Counted from the stretch's first letter, positions 10,826 to 20,970 are shown. The stretch is DNA of 64,000 nt from an uncultured Methanosarcinaceae archaeon (GCA_963847185.1 CAWJYV010000007.1:704001-768000), one strand, 5' to 3'. Program-made: numbers and translations. Notes: generated from the letters alone by a model not told the origin.

Positions 10826-11266
10826 ATGGACACAATCTATGATATACTAAAAGCAGAACACAAGCAAGTCTCGGACCTTATACAACAAGCAATACGCGAT
10901 GGCTCAAAAGAATCTTTTATTAAAATAAAGGCTAAAACCGATCCTCATCTGGCTGGAGAAGAGAAGCTTCTCTATCCGCTGCTTCAGGAAAAAGAAGAAT
11001 TAAGTGATCTTGTTAATCATGCCTATGAAGAACATAACGAGATAAAATCAATTTCTTCTGAACTGGAAAGTATGGATGCCGGAAGTTCAAACTGGACTTC
11101 AAAACTCAAGGAACTGGATGAAACTATAAGTCATCACGTAGAAGAAGAAGAAAATAAAGTATTCCCAAAATCTCAGCAAGTCATAAGCCAGGATAGGGCA
11201 CAGGAGATAGCTCGTCGGTACCTGGAGTTTTCAAAGAGCTTTAAACAACAGCATCCCATGCCTTAA
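10826..11266 (+). CDS. Hemerythrin/HHE cation-binding domain protein
   Basis: EH...HLAGEE..LYP...EEH...HHVEEEE..VFP pattern; G-rich RBS before ATG 10826. Confidence 0.88.
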   Translation: MDTIYDILKAEHKQVSDLIQQAIRDGSKESFIKIKAKTDPHLAGEEKLLYPLLQEKEELSDLVNHAYEEHNEIKSISSELESMDAGSSNWTSKLKELDETISHHVEEEENKVFPKSQQVISQDRAQEIARRYLEFSKSFKQQHPMP

Positions 11267-11591
11267 TAATCAAAGAAAAATAAGGAAAATAATGATGAAT
11301 GATGAAAATGATGACAAATGAGAGATCGTCAGTCAATACATGATTTTTTATTAACTGGCTTTCTTTACTCTTTTTTCCAATCCTTTTAATTCACTTTTTG
11401 CTAATTATATATTACCTCTTTAACAGTCTATTTCAGTGTCCATTTATTAATTATAAGAAATTTCTCTACTTCTACACTGCTCAGTTGATATTTTTGAACT
11501 TACACGCTTTAGACTTCACATTTAAAAGCTAAAAATCTTATAGAATAAATTTTTAAAAAAAGAAATTTGGCTTCTCTAAAAAGAGTAATCA

Positions 11592-11927
11592 TCAGCGTTT
11601 ATTTGAAAGGAGGAGCTTGATCATGTAAATTCCTAGGATCATAACTAACAAACTAAAGAGGGCCTGCATAAGGGCCTGGTATTTTGGATGGAAAAGGGCA
11701 ATTATCGCCTCCTGCATATTGAAGAAAAAAGAAAACAGAGCGATGAAAATAAGGGCTACAAGAACAATCATCGCAGCTGCATTTACCAGTTTTCTAAACG
11801 AAGCGTCGTTATTTTCCTGTGTATCTCCTTTTCCAGGCATCCGGGCCGCCACCAATTGACGATCCGTGTCTTTTTCTTCAATGTAGGGATTATCTTCTTT
11901 TCCAATCATATATTTCCTCGTTCCCAT
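11592..11927 (-). CDS. Small two-TM membrane protein
   Basis: Two hydrophobic segments; overlaps the upstream gene by 38 nt. Confidence 0.7.
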   Translation of the reverse strand: MGTRKYMIGKEDNPYIEEKDTDRQLVAARMPGKGDTQENNDASFRKLVNAAAMIVLVALIFIALFSFFFNMQEAIIALFHPKYQALMQALFSLLVMILGIYMIKLLLSNKR

Positions 11928-12924
11928 CCTTTTTGTTCAAAAGATTCCTGTTTATTATAATGCCTGCCGCCATCAAGAAGGCTACACACATGATCAAACC
12001 TTCAAAGCCGGGAGTCGAACCTTCGGACTTGGAATTTTCTTCTTCCGCAGGGGATTCAACAGGCGTACCTTCCTCTATAAGTGGGTAATTTTTTGTAACA
12101 TTTCGTTCGATTTTATCCATTTTTATTGGCCCAGTGACTTCGGAAGTGATTATCTCCCTGCCATTTTCCTCCACAATAACCGAAAATGTATATTCTGCCC
12201 TTCTTGGTAGTACAAAGCGAACATGTCCTCTAAGCTGGCTTGAACCTTCGACAATTCCGAGTTCGTCGCTTTCAGTATACGAGGTATATGCGTCTGTTTT
12301 TGCAGTGACTACCATGTTCAGAGCTTTGGAATCTCCTCCCTGGTTATAAACTCCAGGGGAAATATCCACCACAACCTTTGCATCCCTATCAGTGAACTGG
12401 GTAATTACAAGGTTCATGTCAGTGAGCAGGATATCAGCAGGCTGGTCAACGGAGGAATTAGCTTTTATGATGATGAACTCGCTTCCGGAGTCAAGAATCT
12501 GGCCTTCCTGGAAAAGCTGGACCTCCACTGCATAATTCCCGGGATTTATAACTCCCAGAGATACAGTATTGTAAGCGAGAGATTGGGCTTTGACATATCC
12601 CATATCCTCATCTTTTTCTGCTACGATCAGCTGTGTCTCCTCATCAATAACTTTGACTTTGACAGAAATCATGGAACTGTCAGTATCCTGGTCATTGCGG
12701 ATATAAGGGGTGACTGTCAGAAGGGTGCCCTCTCCTTGCGGAGTTGACATTACATCTATATTCTGGATGGAAACTTCATTATACTCCCTGAAAACATCTT
12801 CTGAACTCTCAAAACAGCCGGAAGAGAGGATTAAAACCAGCAAAATGCTGATTAAAAATCCATTAAAAAATAAAAGAGGAGATTTCTTAGGTTTTATACA
12901 TAACCTGAATCTCATGGGAACCAA
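11890..12924 (-). CDS. Surface protein with lipobox-like N-terminus and PGF-CTERM
   Basis: ILSSGC after a hydrophobic stretch; beta-rich body; STPGFEG, TM segment and basic tail. Confidence 0.8.
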   Translation of the reverse strand: MVPMRFRLCIKPKKSPLLFFNGFLISILLVLILSSGCFESSEDVFREYNEVSIQNIDVMSTPQGEGTLLTVTPYIRNDQDTDSSMISVKVKVIDEETQLIVAEKDEDMGYVKAQSLAYNTVSLGVINPGNYAVEVQLFQEGQILDSGSEFIIIKANSSVDQPADILLTDMNLVITQFTDRDAKVVVDISPGVYNQGGDSKALNMVVTAKTDAYTSYTESDELGIVEGSSQLRGHVRFVLPRRAEYTFSVIVEENGREIITSEVTGPIKMDKIERNVTKNYPLIEEGTPVESPAEEENSKSEGSTPGFEGLIMCVAFLMAAGIIINRNLLNKKDGNEEIYDWKRR

Positions 12925-12931
12925 ATCCGGA

Positions 12932-13726
12932 TTATAGCTTCACTTTAAGTACGAGGGTCTGGGAGTCAAGAAGATAATCCCCTTTCATCAGATTTACATA
13001 CACATTGGTTTCTCCATTGGGGGCATCTTTCAGAATAGGAAGCTCCGTACCTCTTGTATAGGAAGTTCCTCCTTTTGCCATCGCTTCGGTGATATTAACT
13101 CTCGAACTATTCCCTATCAGTTTGTTTTCTATATCTACTGTCACATACATGGAATCTCCGGCTATGGTTGTTTGTCCGTGATTTTTAACAGAGAATTTCA
13201 CTGTGATATTCTCACCTTTCTTAGTTTCCCAGGTAGAAACAGGGGGAGACGCACGCAGATTGTCCATACTTTCGGCAAAGCCGACAAACTGAAGTTTTGC
13301 ATCAGGCAAAACAACCGTCTGGACAGGCACGACCTTTGTCTTAATTATGGGCTTTTCCTCTTTATCGAGGCCAGATGTATATGACAGTGTTAACATAGAA
13401 GTATTCTCAGCTCTGTCAAACGCAGGAGCCATTACCTTAAAACTTAAAGAAGCCTCATTTTTTGCAGGAATATTGATCTGTGAACTTGTCCCGACAATTG
13501 TAAATGGATCAAAAGAGCTTACAGATACCGAGTCAATTGCCTGAGTACTGTTGTTATTCAATACATTAACAGAAATATCCTGCTCATTAAATTCCTTAAT
13601 CACCAGGGGTTCTGTACTCACAGCCAGATCTTCCGGATTGACTGGCGAGTTTGTTTTTTCCGTCGATGCACAACCAGATATAAAGATAATTGAAACGAGT
13701 AGTATCAAAGTTAAGAACTTCTTCAT
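12932..13726 (-). CDS. Lipoprotein with Ig-like/CARDB-like domains
   Basis: MKKFLTLILLVSIIFISGC lipobox; VKFSVKNHG motif. Confidence 0.78.
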   Translation of the reverse strand: MKKFLTLILLVSIIFISGCASTEKTNSPVNPEDLAVSTEPLVIKEFNEQDISVNVLNNNSTQAIDSVSVSSFDPFTIVGTSSQINIPAKNEASLSFKVMAPAFDRAENTSMLTLSYTSGLDKEEKPIIKTKVVPVQTVVLPDAKLQFVGFAESMDNLRASPPVSTWETKKGENITVKFSVKNHGQTTIAGDSMYVTVDIENKLIGNSSRVNITEAMAKGGTSYTRGTELPILKDAPNGETNVYVNLMKGDYLLDSQTLVLKVKL

Positions 13727-14239
13727 ATAAGCACTCTCCTCAAATCTCAAATCCGGGTATTTCCGACAAAAAGTTGGGTAAACTGAAGAGTTCTAAACTT
13801 TTACCCTAAAATCATAAACCTACGTATACCCTGTAAATCGAAGATTTGATTCTTAATTTTCTTATATCGTAAAATGAGAGTGTGTGAATATAATCTTTAC
13901 TCTTCGTAGTCAAGTGCATGTCCTTCTCGGTTCAAAAGTCAATTAATTTGATTAATTGTATTTGTATAGTTAACCAATTTTTATAAGGGGGTAAACTTTA
14001 TTTTTATTATTCTAAAATTTATGTTATAAAATGAATTTTTTGTATTTATTGAAAATAATTATTAATTGTGTAGTTCGCATATGAAAAATCTATATTATTT
14101 TTTGACATAAGGAATAAACCTCAACTCTTAAACATAAAATTTGAAAACATTGATTTTATAAAATAAGATCAACTTTCTTTTCTATCGTTATTCTCTAATT
14201 TCCTTCATTAATCCAAAATAAGGGATAAACCGTTGAAAG

Positions 14240-14405
14240 CACGGAAAACGTGGAATAAGGAAGATATGGGCACAGTTTTTTTCAGTGCTTTCCACCCCGA
14301 ATTGCGCCACGGGAGTACGCAGTCCTTATCGCTGTGCTCAAGAGGACTAACTTATACGCACAGTTCTTCAGCGCTTTTCGCTTTTTCGGCGGTTACGGAA
14401 CCAAA
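14240..14405 (-). ncRNA. Candidate structured small RNA (unassigned)
   Basis: GC-rich island with stems agtcct/aggact, gtggaa/ttccac and cccg/cggg and an internal repeated motif; G-U pairs favour the minus strand. Confidence 0.4.
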
Positions 14406-14479
14406 AACATATTTTTCTGTGACTTGAAGTTTATCTTATTTTTAATGTAATAATACTTTTTTCTATGATACAATAAAAA

Positions 14480-14560
14480 ACCTATATACCTATAATTCAA
14501 TAATTGACCTATATACCTATAATTCAATAATTGACCTATGTACCTATATCCAATAACTAA
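14480..14560. repeat. 3 x 27-bp tandem repeat upstream of the PhoU regulator (candidate operator array)
   Basis: acctatatacctataattcaataattg twice exactly, then acctatgtacctatatccaataactaa. Confidence 0.85.
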
Positions 14561-14697
14561 TCCTTATATCGTGCTTAGACGGAATTATCATGATTTATTT
14601 CTTACTTTATCGCTCTACTTTTTAGATACCTTTATATATCACTATTGTCTATATAGATCCTCCAAGATTCATTAGAATACCCTCAGGGGGATTATTT

Positions 14698-15702
14698 ATT
14701 ACCAAAGATAAAAGAAAAGTTCAGTTTACCGGAAATTCTACTTATATTGTGTCCCTCCCTATAAAATGGGTCCGGGATATAGGGCTTGAAGCAGGAGATA
14801 CCCTAACTCTTACACCCATGCCCAACAAAACTCTGCTTGTTTCTTCCAGCTCGGGTTCAAAAGATCATTCTGCTCTCAGAGCAACAATAGACTATGTTCA
14901 CTCTGATAGTGCGGAAAATAATCTAAGGATTCTCATTTCTCATTATCTGGTGGGTTACGACTCTATCAGACTGACCACTAAAAAGGGTTTCAGTGCTTAT
15001 GATCGCAAGTTTATCAAAGATTCTGTACGTCAGAAATTGATAGGTCTTGAACTTGTAGAGGAATCCAGAAACGAGCTGGTTTTCCAGTGCCTCCTTAATT
15101 ACAATGATCTGCCCCTTGGTCGTGTAATAAAAAACATGTATGGTCTCGTACTTTCAATGCTCGAAGACTCCATGACCGCTCTTAAGGATCATAATATTGA
15201 GATTGCCGAAGACGTCATCCAGAGGGATGATGACGTGGACCGCTTCTATCTTCTTGCTGTTCGCCAGCTCAAAGCCTCAATAGAAGATATTGAACTCTCT
15301 GAAAAAATTGGAATTAGGCATCCTCGGGAATGTCTTGGATACAGGCTTATTACAAAGAGTATCGAGCGTGTAGGGGACCACGCAGTCAGGATAGCCAAAA
15401 ATGTCCTGAAAATGAACTCCGGAGTCAGTGCTGATGATCCTATTTTCAAAATGGCTGAACTCTCCCGCAAGGTTTTCGAAAGCTCAATAGGCTCAATGTC
15501 AGAAGAAGACCTTCAGGCTATTAATAAAATTGTTGTGGAAGCTAAAAAAGTTTCCCAGTTTGGATATTCCATTGAGTCGGAGCATGTCGAGGGTTCAGGT
15601 AATGTTGAGTTTAGCATGATCCTGGAAAGCCTGCGGAGGGTAGCTGAATATAGTGCTGATATTGCGGAAGTTGCCCTAAACATGAGTATAAAACAGGTCT
15701 GA
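14698..15702 (+). CDS. phoU: Phosphate uptake regulator (AbrB/MazE-like N-domain plus two PhoU domains); probable ATT start
   Basis: The frame upstream of GTG 14749 reads ITKDKRKVQFTGNSTYIVSLPIKWV (family N-terminal motif RKVQxTGxSTYxVSLP); RDDDVDRFY and KSIERVGDHA PhoU motifs. Confidence 0.88.
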   Translation: MTKDKRKVQFTGNSTYIVSLPIKWVRDIGLEAGDTLTLTPMPNKTLLVSSSSGSKDHSALRATIDYVHSDSAENNLRILISHYLVGYDSIRLTTKKGFSAYDRKFIKDSVRQKLIGLELVEESRNELVFQCLLNYNDLPLGRVIKNMYGLVLSMLEDSMTALKDHNIEIAEDVIQRDDDVDRFYLLAVRQLKASIEDIELSEKIGIRHPRECLGYRLITKSIERVGDHAVRIAKNVLKMNSGVSADDPIFKMAELSRKVFESSIGSMSEEDLQAINKIVVEAKKVSQFGYSIESEHVEGSGNVEFSMILESLRRVAEYSADIAEVALNMSIKQV

Positions 15703-15937
15703 ATCTCAAAGTTTAGACTTCTTTTTTATTTCTTTTTTGTTTCTCTTTTTCTTATCTCTCTATTTTTTTCATTTTTCTATTTTTCATCTCTTTTCAAGCT
15801 TTTGTTTCCTTCAGGCAGCTTTTCAACTTGAAGGTCTTCCTCTTTTTAATCTTAAGTTCTACAGGCTTCTTCGAAAATAGAATCCTGTTTTTTCGAAAAT
15901 ACAACAAAAGCTATATGTCTATCTAAAGCTGTAAACC

Positions 15938-18742
15938 ATGCCTATGGATTTTCAGATCTTGGATGCAGATTATGAAGTAGTTAACGACAGCGGGCCTGTC
16001 ATCCGCCTTTTTGGCAGAGGGGCAGATGGAAAGAGCGTTTGCTGCTTTGTCCCGGGTTCTGAGCCTTATTTCTATCTCAAGGCTTCGGGAGACCTGCATG
16101 CAGTGGCCAGACTCATCAAGGATACTTTCGAGCAGGTCAAAAAGGTCGAAATCGTTGAGAAATTCGAGCCTGTAGGATATCAGCAAGCCAGAAAAAAGAT
16201 GCTTAAAGTTACCACCAATCTGCCCAGGGATGTGCCTGAGATCAGAGATGAAATTCTGAAGGTCCAGGATATAGTAAAAGCTGAAGGTAAATGGGAAGTC
16301 TACGAAACTGATATCCTTTTTAGAAACCGTTTTTTAATTGATAATGGCCTTGGTGGAATGGTCTGGATCTCTGCAGAAGGAGAGTCTGTCGACCCTTCTA
16401 AATATTTACGGGAATATTCTGGAAACAGGTCTCGCTGTGAAAACTTTTCGTGTGATTCCTCAATTCTTGCATCCGGTTTGACGAAAATTGAAAGCCTTGC
16501 AATTGCTCCTCTAAAGTATCTGGCTTTTGACATAGAATGCCTGCCTCTTGACGGTGGGATGCCTTCCCCTGATGTTTCACCTATCATCATGATCAGCTTT
16601 TCCTTCGAACCGGAATATAAAGGGCATAAGACTCTGGTCCTTGTTGCAAAGCCGGTCGAGGGGGTGGACAGTGACGTTCTGCCCTGTAGAGACGAAGTTG
16701 AAATGTTAAATCGTTTTTTTGATATTTTTTGCGAATACGATCCTGATATTGTTGTAGGTTATAACCATCAGGATTTCGACATTCCTTACATCACAGAGCG
16801 GGTAAAAGCCCTTATTTCTAAAGGGGAGATAATTAACCCTGTTGCTGGCAGGGACGGTAGCCAGATAGGGTACAGGAAGTTTGGGCTTATTACCCGGACT
16901 GAATTAAAAGGTCGGGTGGTGGTGGATGCTCTTCCTCTTGTGCGCCGGGCATATAGCTTGAAACAGTACACTCTGAGAGCAGTTTCAAGAGAGCTTTTGA
17001 ACCGCGAAAAACTTGATGTTCCTCCCATGGAAATGGAAGCTCACTGGGTCGACTCCGGGGAAAAACTTAAAAAATTCATAGATTATGCCCGCAGGGACTC
17101 CGAGCTAGCCCTTGAACTAATCCTTAATCTGAAACTTCTGGATAAATATATTGCTCTTGCTCAGGTAAGTGGAAGTCTCCTGCAGGAAATTGTCGACGGG
17201 GGCCAGACTTCAATGGTCGAAAACCTTCTGCTGAGGGAATTCGGGCAAAAAGATAGGGTTCTTCTTCCAAAACCCGGGGATGAACTTTCAGCCGAGAGAT
17301 ATGACATGAGCTCGGATCTGAAAGGGGGAGAAGTTCTGGAGCCAAAAAAGGGGCTTCTGGATAATGTGCTCATCCTTGACTATAAGTCTCTTTACCCGAC
17401 CATAATGATGGCACATAATCTCTGTTATACTACTGTCGTTACCGAAGGTAGGCCTGAGGGAAAAACCATCAAACCTCCTTCAGGGGGAGAATTCGTACCT
17501 CCGGAGATATTCAAAGGCATTGTGCCCTCAATTCTTGAAAATCTTCTTTCTCAGAGAGGCGAGACAAAGAAAAAGATGAGAAATACGTCGGACGAAAATG
17601 AGTACCGAGTACTTGATGCTACTCAACTCGCTCTGAAGATCCTTTTGAATAGTTTTTATGGTTATTCTGGGTATGCAAGGGCAAGACTCTATAGTTTAAC
17701 GCTTGCAAACGCCGTAACCAGTTTTGGAAGAAACAATATTCTGAATACTCGGGACCTTATCAATAAAACTATAGGAAAAATTGTTCTCAGGAATTCGGAA
17801 GCTTTACTTCTGGAAGAAGCAGGGGAAATTTCTCCTCATGAGAGGATAGTAGAATTGTCGGTTGCTTACGGGGATACGGACAGTGTTTTTGTTCATTGTA
17901 CTTCAAAAGGTGATCTCTCTCTTGAAGAAGTTAGCCTCGTAGGAAACAGGCTTTCGGATATTGTCTCTGCTTCCTTGCCTGATCCTATGGAGCTCGAGTT
18001 TGAATCTATTGCAAAACGTGCCCTCCTTATTGCCAAGAAGCGCTACGCTCTCTGGCTTTTTGAGCCCAGAAATTCAGACTGGGAAAACAAAATAAAGGTC
18101 AAGGGAATGGAAACCGTCCGCAGGGACTGGTGCGAATTGACCTCGAAGACTCTTAACAAGGTCCTCGAGCTTGTACTTATTGAGGGTGATGTTGAGGGGG
18201 CTGTCGAGTATGTCAAAACGGTAGTTAGTGCTGTCCGCAACCTTGATCCAAGAAAAGACGCCGAAATAGTCGAAAGTCTTGTTTTAACTCGAACGCTCAC
18301 AAGAAAGTCTGATAGTTACAAGAATAAACAACCTCATCTGACTGTTGCAGAAAATCTGAAAAAAAGGACAGGTGTTATGCCTTCGATAGGGACAAGGATT
18401 CCTTTTGTCATTATTGCTGGAAAAGGCCTTTTTGTGGATAGAGCTGAAGATCCTGATTATGTCCGAGAACATAATGTGCCCATTGATGTGGATTATTATA
18501 TTAAAAAACAGATTCTGCCCCCTGTAGAGCGTATCCTTGAGGTTCTGGGAGTAAAAACATCTTCTCTTGACTTTGATCCTAAGCAGAAAGGACTTTTTGA
18601 TTTTGAGGCGAAAAGACCTGAAGCAAAAAAGCAGGAAAAGAAAGAAACTTTATTCGAAAGGGAGAGTGAAGATAAAAGTAAGGAGAATATTTTATGTTCG
18701 GAGAATGGATATTCAGGACAAAGTTCCCTGTTAGATTTCTGA
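15938..18742 (+). CDS. polB: Family B DNA polymerase, no intein
   Basis: ExoI FDIEC, ExoII GYNHQDFD, polymerase motifs DYKSLYP, KILLNSFYG, YGDTDS, KKRY; PIP-like QKGLFDF and QSSLLDF. Confidence 0.97.
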   Translation: MPMDFQILDADYEVVNDSGPVIRLFGRGADGKSVCCFVPGSEPYFYLKASGDLHAVARLIKDTFEQVKKVEIVEKFEPVGYQQARKKMLKVTTNLPRDVPEIRDEILKVQDIVKAEGKWEVYETDILFRNRFLIDNGLGGMVWISAEGESVDPSKYLREYSGNRSRCENFSCDSSILASGLTKIESLAIAPLKYLAFDIECLPLDGGMPSPDVSPIIMISFSFEPEYKGHKTLVLVAKPVEGVDSDVLPCRDEVEMLNRFFDIFCEYDPDIVVGYNHQDFDIPYITERVKALISKGEIINPVAGRDGSQIGYRKFGLITRTELKGRVVVDALPLVRRAYSLKQYTLRAVSRELLNREKLDVPPMEMEAHWVDSGEKLKKFIDYARRDSELALELILNLKLLDKYIALAQVSGSLLQEIVDGGQTSMVENLLLREFGQKDRVLLPKPGDELSAERYDMSSDLKGGEVLEPKKGLLDNVLILDYKSLYPTIMMAHNLCYTTVVTEGRPEGKTIKPPSGGEFVPPEIFKGIVPSILENLLSQRGETKKKMRNTSDENEYRVLDATQLALKILLNSFYGYSGYARARLYSLTLANAVTSFGRNNILNTRDLINKTIGKIVLRNSEALLLEEAGEISPHERIVELSVAYGDTDSVFVHCTSKGDLSLEEVSLVGNRLSDIVSASLPDPMELEFESIAKRALLIAKKRYALWLFEPRNSDWENKIKVKGMETVRRDWCELTSKTLNKVLELVLIEGDVEGAVEYVKTVVSAVRNLDPRKDAEIVESLVLTRTLTRKSDSYKNKQPHLTVAENLKKRTGVMPSIGTRIPFVIIAGKGLFVDRAEDPDYVREHNVPIDVDYYIKKQILPPVERILEVLGVKTSSLDFDPKQKGLFDFEAKRPEAKKQEKKETLFERESEDKSKENILCSENGYSGQSSLLDF

Positions 18743-19104
18743 GATTTTATTTATTTCCACTTTATTCTTCCGATTATCCGCTTTTTTAATTTTCATCTAC
18801 GATCTCTAATCTTATTCTTTTTCATTTTGTCTGAATAGTTTTGACTTACTTACTTTCAAATTTTTATTTTCTTGTTATCCCTTTTTATTCTTTCGGGGAG
18901 CACTCCTTCACTATCTATGGAATTATTGTATTAACTATATACTTTATTATTTATTACTTCGATCTATGTGAGTATATACCTCTCTATATTATATATTGGG
19001 AATATTTATATGCTTTTCTTCTTTTATACAACAATTATACTAAAACAAATTCGATAACTGTAGAGTAATGAGGTATTAGGATTTCTTAAAGGAGTATATA
19101 TAAA

Positions 19105-20040
19105 ATGACAACTAAATTAAAAACATGCGCAGTTCTTATATTACTGGTCATGGGATTTGTGTTTTTGGGAATTGGATGTACTGAAAAAAATAGTGGTGAC
19201 TCTTCTTCTGTTAATGAATCTTCTTCAGAGGGAGCCCCTGCAACTGAAACTACTACAGAAGAAACTACTGCTGGTGGAGCACAGAGTATTTCTCTGAAGG
19301 GCTCTGACACTGTTCTGCCTCTCGCACAGGCTGAAGCTGAAGAGTTCATGGTTGAAAACTCCGGGAAAAGTGTGACCGTTACTGGAGGCGGATCTGGTGT
19401 TGGTATCACAGCTTTAATTGATGGCGAGGTAGATATTGCTACCGCATCGAGAGAAATGAAGACTGAAGAAATCGAAGCCGCTAAAACAAACGGTATCAAT
19501 CCTGTAGAGACTACCATTGCTTATGACGGTATTTCAGTTATTGTAAACCCTCAGAATCCTGTTACCCAACTTACTTTTGATCAGCTTCGCGGCATCTACA
19601 ATGGAAGCGTTAGCAACTGGAAGGATGTTGGCGGAGAAGATAAGGAAATTGTAGTGATTTCCAGGGACAGCAGTTCTGGAACTTATGAGTACTTCAAGGA
19701 AGAAGTTTTACAGGGAGACGAATACCGGGCTGATGCCCTTACTCAGCCTGCTACAGGCGGAATTGTAGGTGAGGTTTCCCAGAACACCAATGCAATAGGA
19801 TATATCGGTGTTGCATACCTTGATGAAAGCGTAAAAGCCCTTAACCTGGATGCTGGAAACGGCTCTGAAGCTCCAACTTCTGAAAACATCCTCAGTGGTG
19901 CATACCCACTTTCAAGAGCTCTCTACTTCTACACCAACGGGGAACCCTCGGGTCTCACAAAGGAATTCATTGACTTTGTAACAAGCGAGAAAGGACAGAG
20001 TCTAATGACTGAAGTCGGGTACTTCCCGATGAAGAAATAA
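19105..20040 (+). CDS. pstS: Phosphate ABC transporter substrate-binding protein
   Basis: Lipobox GIGC; GSDTV, GGGSGVG, ASR, RDSSSGT, YPLSR. Confidence 0.95.
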   Translation: MTTKLKTCAVLILLVMGFVFLGIGCTEKNSGDSSSVNESSSEGAPATETTTEETTAGGAQSISLKGSDTVLPLAQAEAEEFMVENSGKSVTVTGGGSGVGITALIDGEVDIATASREMKTEEIEAAKTNGINPVETTIAYDGISVIVNPQNPVTQLTFDQLRGIYNGSVSNWKDVGGEDKEIVVISRDSSSGTYEYFKEEVLQGDEYRADALTQPATGGIVGEVSQNTNAIGYIGVAYLDESVKALNLDAGNGSEAPTSENILSGAYPLSRALYFYTNGEPSGLTKEFIDFVTSEKGQSLMTEVGYFPMKK

Positions 20041-20079
20041 TAAAAAGTACTAAACTTTAAAACAGTTTAAGGGAAAAAC

Positions 20080-20970
20080 ATGTTTAGCAGGAATTATAAG
20101 GAAAAAGCGATCGAATCGGTGCTTTTCTCAGTAAGTGCGCTTACGGTGGTTATTCTTTTCCTTATATGCCTTTTTTTATTCAGGGATAGTCTACTTCTTT
20201 TTAAAGACACGTCCCTTCTGGACTTTCTTACAGGAAAGTTCTGGTACCCTACATCTGTGAATAGGCAGTTTGGACTATTACCTCTCTTTTTCGGTTCTCT
20301 TCTTGTCACTGCCGGAGCAATAATTTTCGCAGTGCCGCTGGGAATTGCCTGTGCTATTTATATTTCTGAGATTGCACATCCAAAGGTTGCAGATACTTTG
20401 AAACCCTTTATCGAAATCCTGGCAGGAATTCCTTCTGTCGTATTCGGATTTTTTGGGCTTGTTATTCTAGTTCCGGTTGCGCAGAACACCTTCAACTTGC
20501 CAACAGGACAAACCGCTCTTACAGGTTCCATTATGCTTGGAATCATGGCGCTTCCCACTATAATCACTATTTCGGAAGATGCCATAAGTTCGGTTCCCAG
20601 CACAATCAAACAGGGTTCACTTGCTCTGGGTGCTACAAGATGGCAGACCATATACAAAGTCATAGTCCCTGCTGCCCTCTCAGGAATCTCAGCAGCCGTA
20701 ATGCTCGGCATAGGGAGGGCCATAGGGGAGACAATGACTCTTATGATGGTAACTGGAAACACAGCAGTGATTCCTTCTTTTCCGGGAGGCATTCTAGATC
20801 CTGTAAGGACTATGACTGCTACAATTGCACTTGAAATGGGGGAAGTTCCTCAAGGGAGCGCTCACTTCCATGCTCTTTTTGCGGTCGGAACTGTGCTTTT
20901 TATTATAACTTTCCTGATCAACATGATTGCGGATTCTATTAAAAAGCGATACAGGTTCAAGGTGGACTGA
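20080..20970 (+). CDS. pstC: Phosphate ABC transporter permease
   Basis: LAGIPSVVFG, ALGATRWQT, GRAIGETM. Confidence 0.95.
   Translation: MFSRNYKEKAIESVLFSVSALTVVILFLICLFLFRDSLLLFKDTSLLDFLTGKFWYPTSVNRQFGLLPLFFGSLLVTAGAIIFAVPLGIACAIYISEIAHPKVADTLKPFIEILAGIPSVVFGFFGLVILVPVAQNTFNLPTGQTALTGSIMLGIMALPTIITISEDAISSVPSTIKQGSLALGATRWQTIYKVIVPAALSGISAAVMLGIGRAIGETMTLMMVTGNTAVIPSFPGGILDPVRTMTATIALEMGEVPQGSAHFHALFAVGTVLFIITFLINMIADSIKKRYRFKVD

Noticed and set aside
11290-11325. Repeated TGATGA as C/D-box sRNA
   Set aside because: No suitably spaced CTGA D box; low-complexity sequence.
14233-14427. 64-aa plus-strand ORF
   Set aside because: TTG start, no recognisable protein features, and it overlaps a probable RNA structure.
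14480-14560. 27-bp repeats as a CRISPR array
   Set aside because: The units are contiguous with no spacers, and no cas genes are present.
15938-18742. Intein in PolB
   Set aside because: The length is normal, motifs A/B/C are uninterrupted and no splice-junction or LAGLIDADG motifs are seen.
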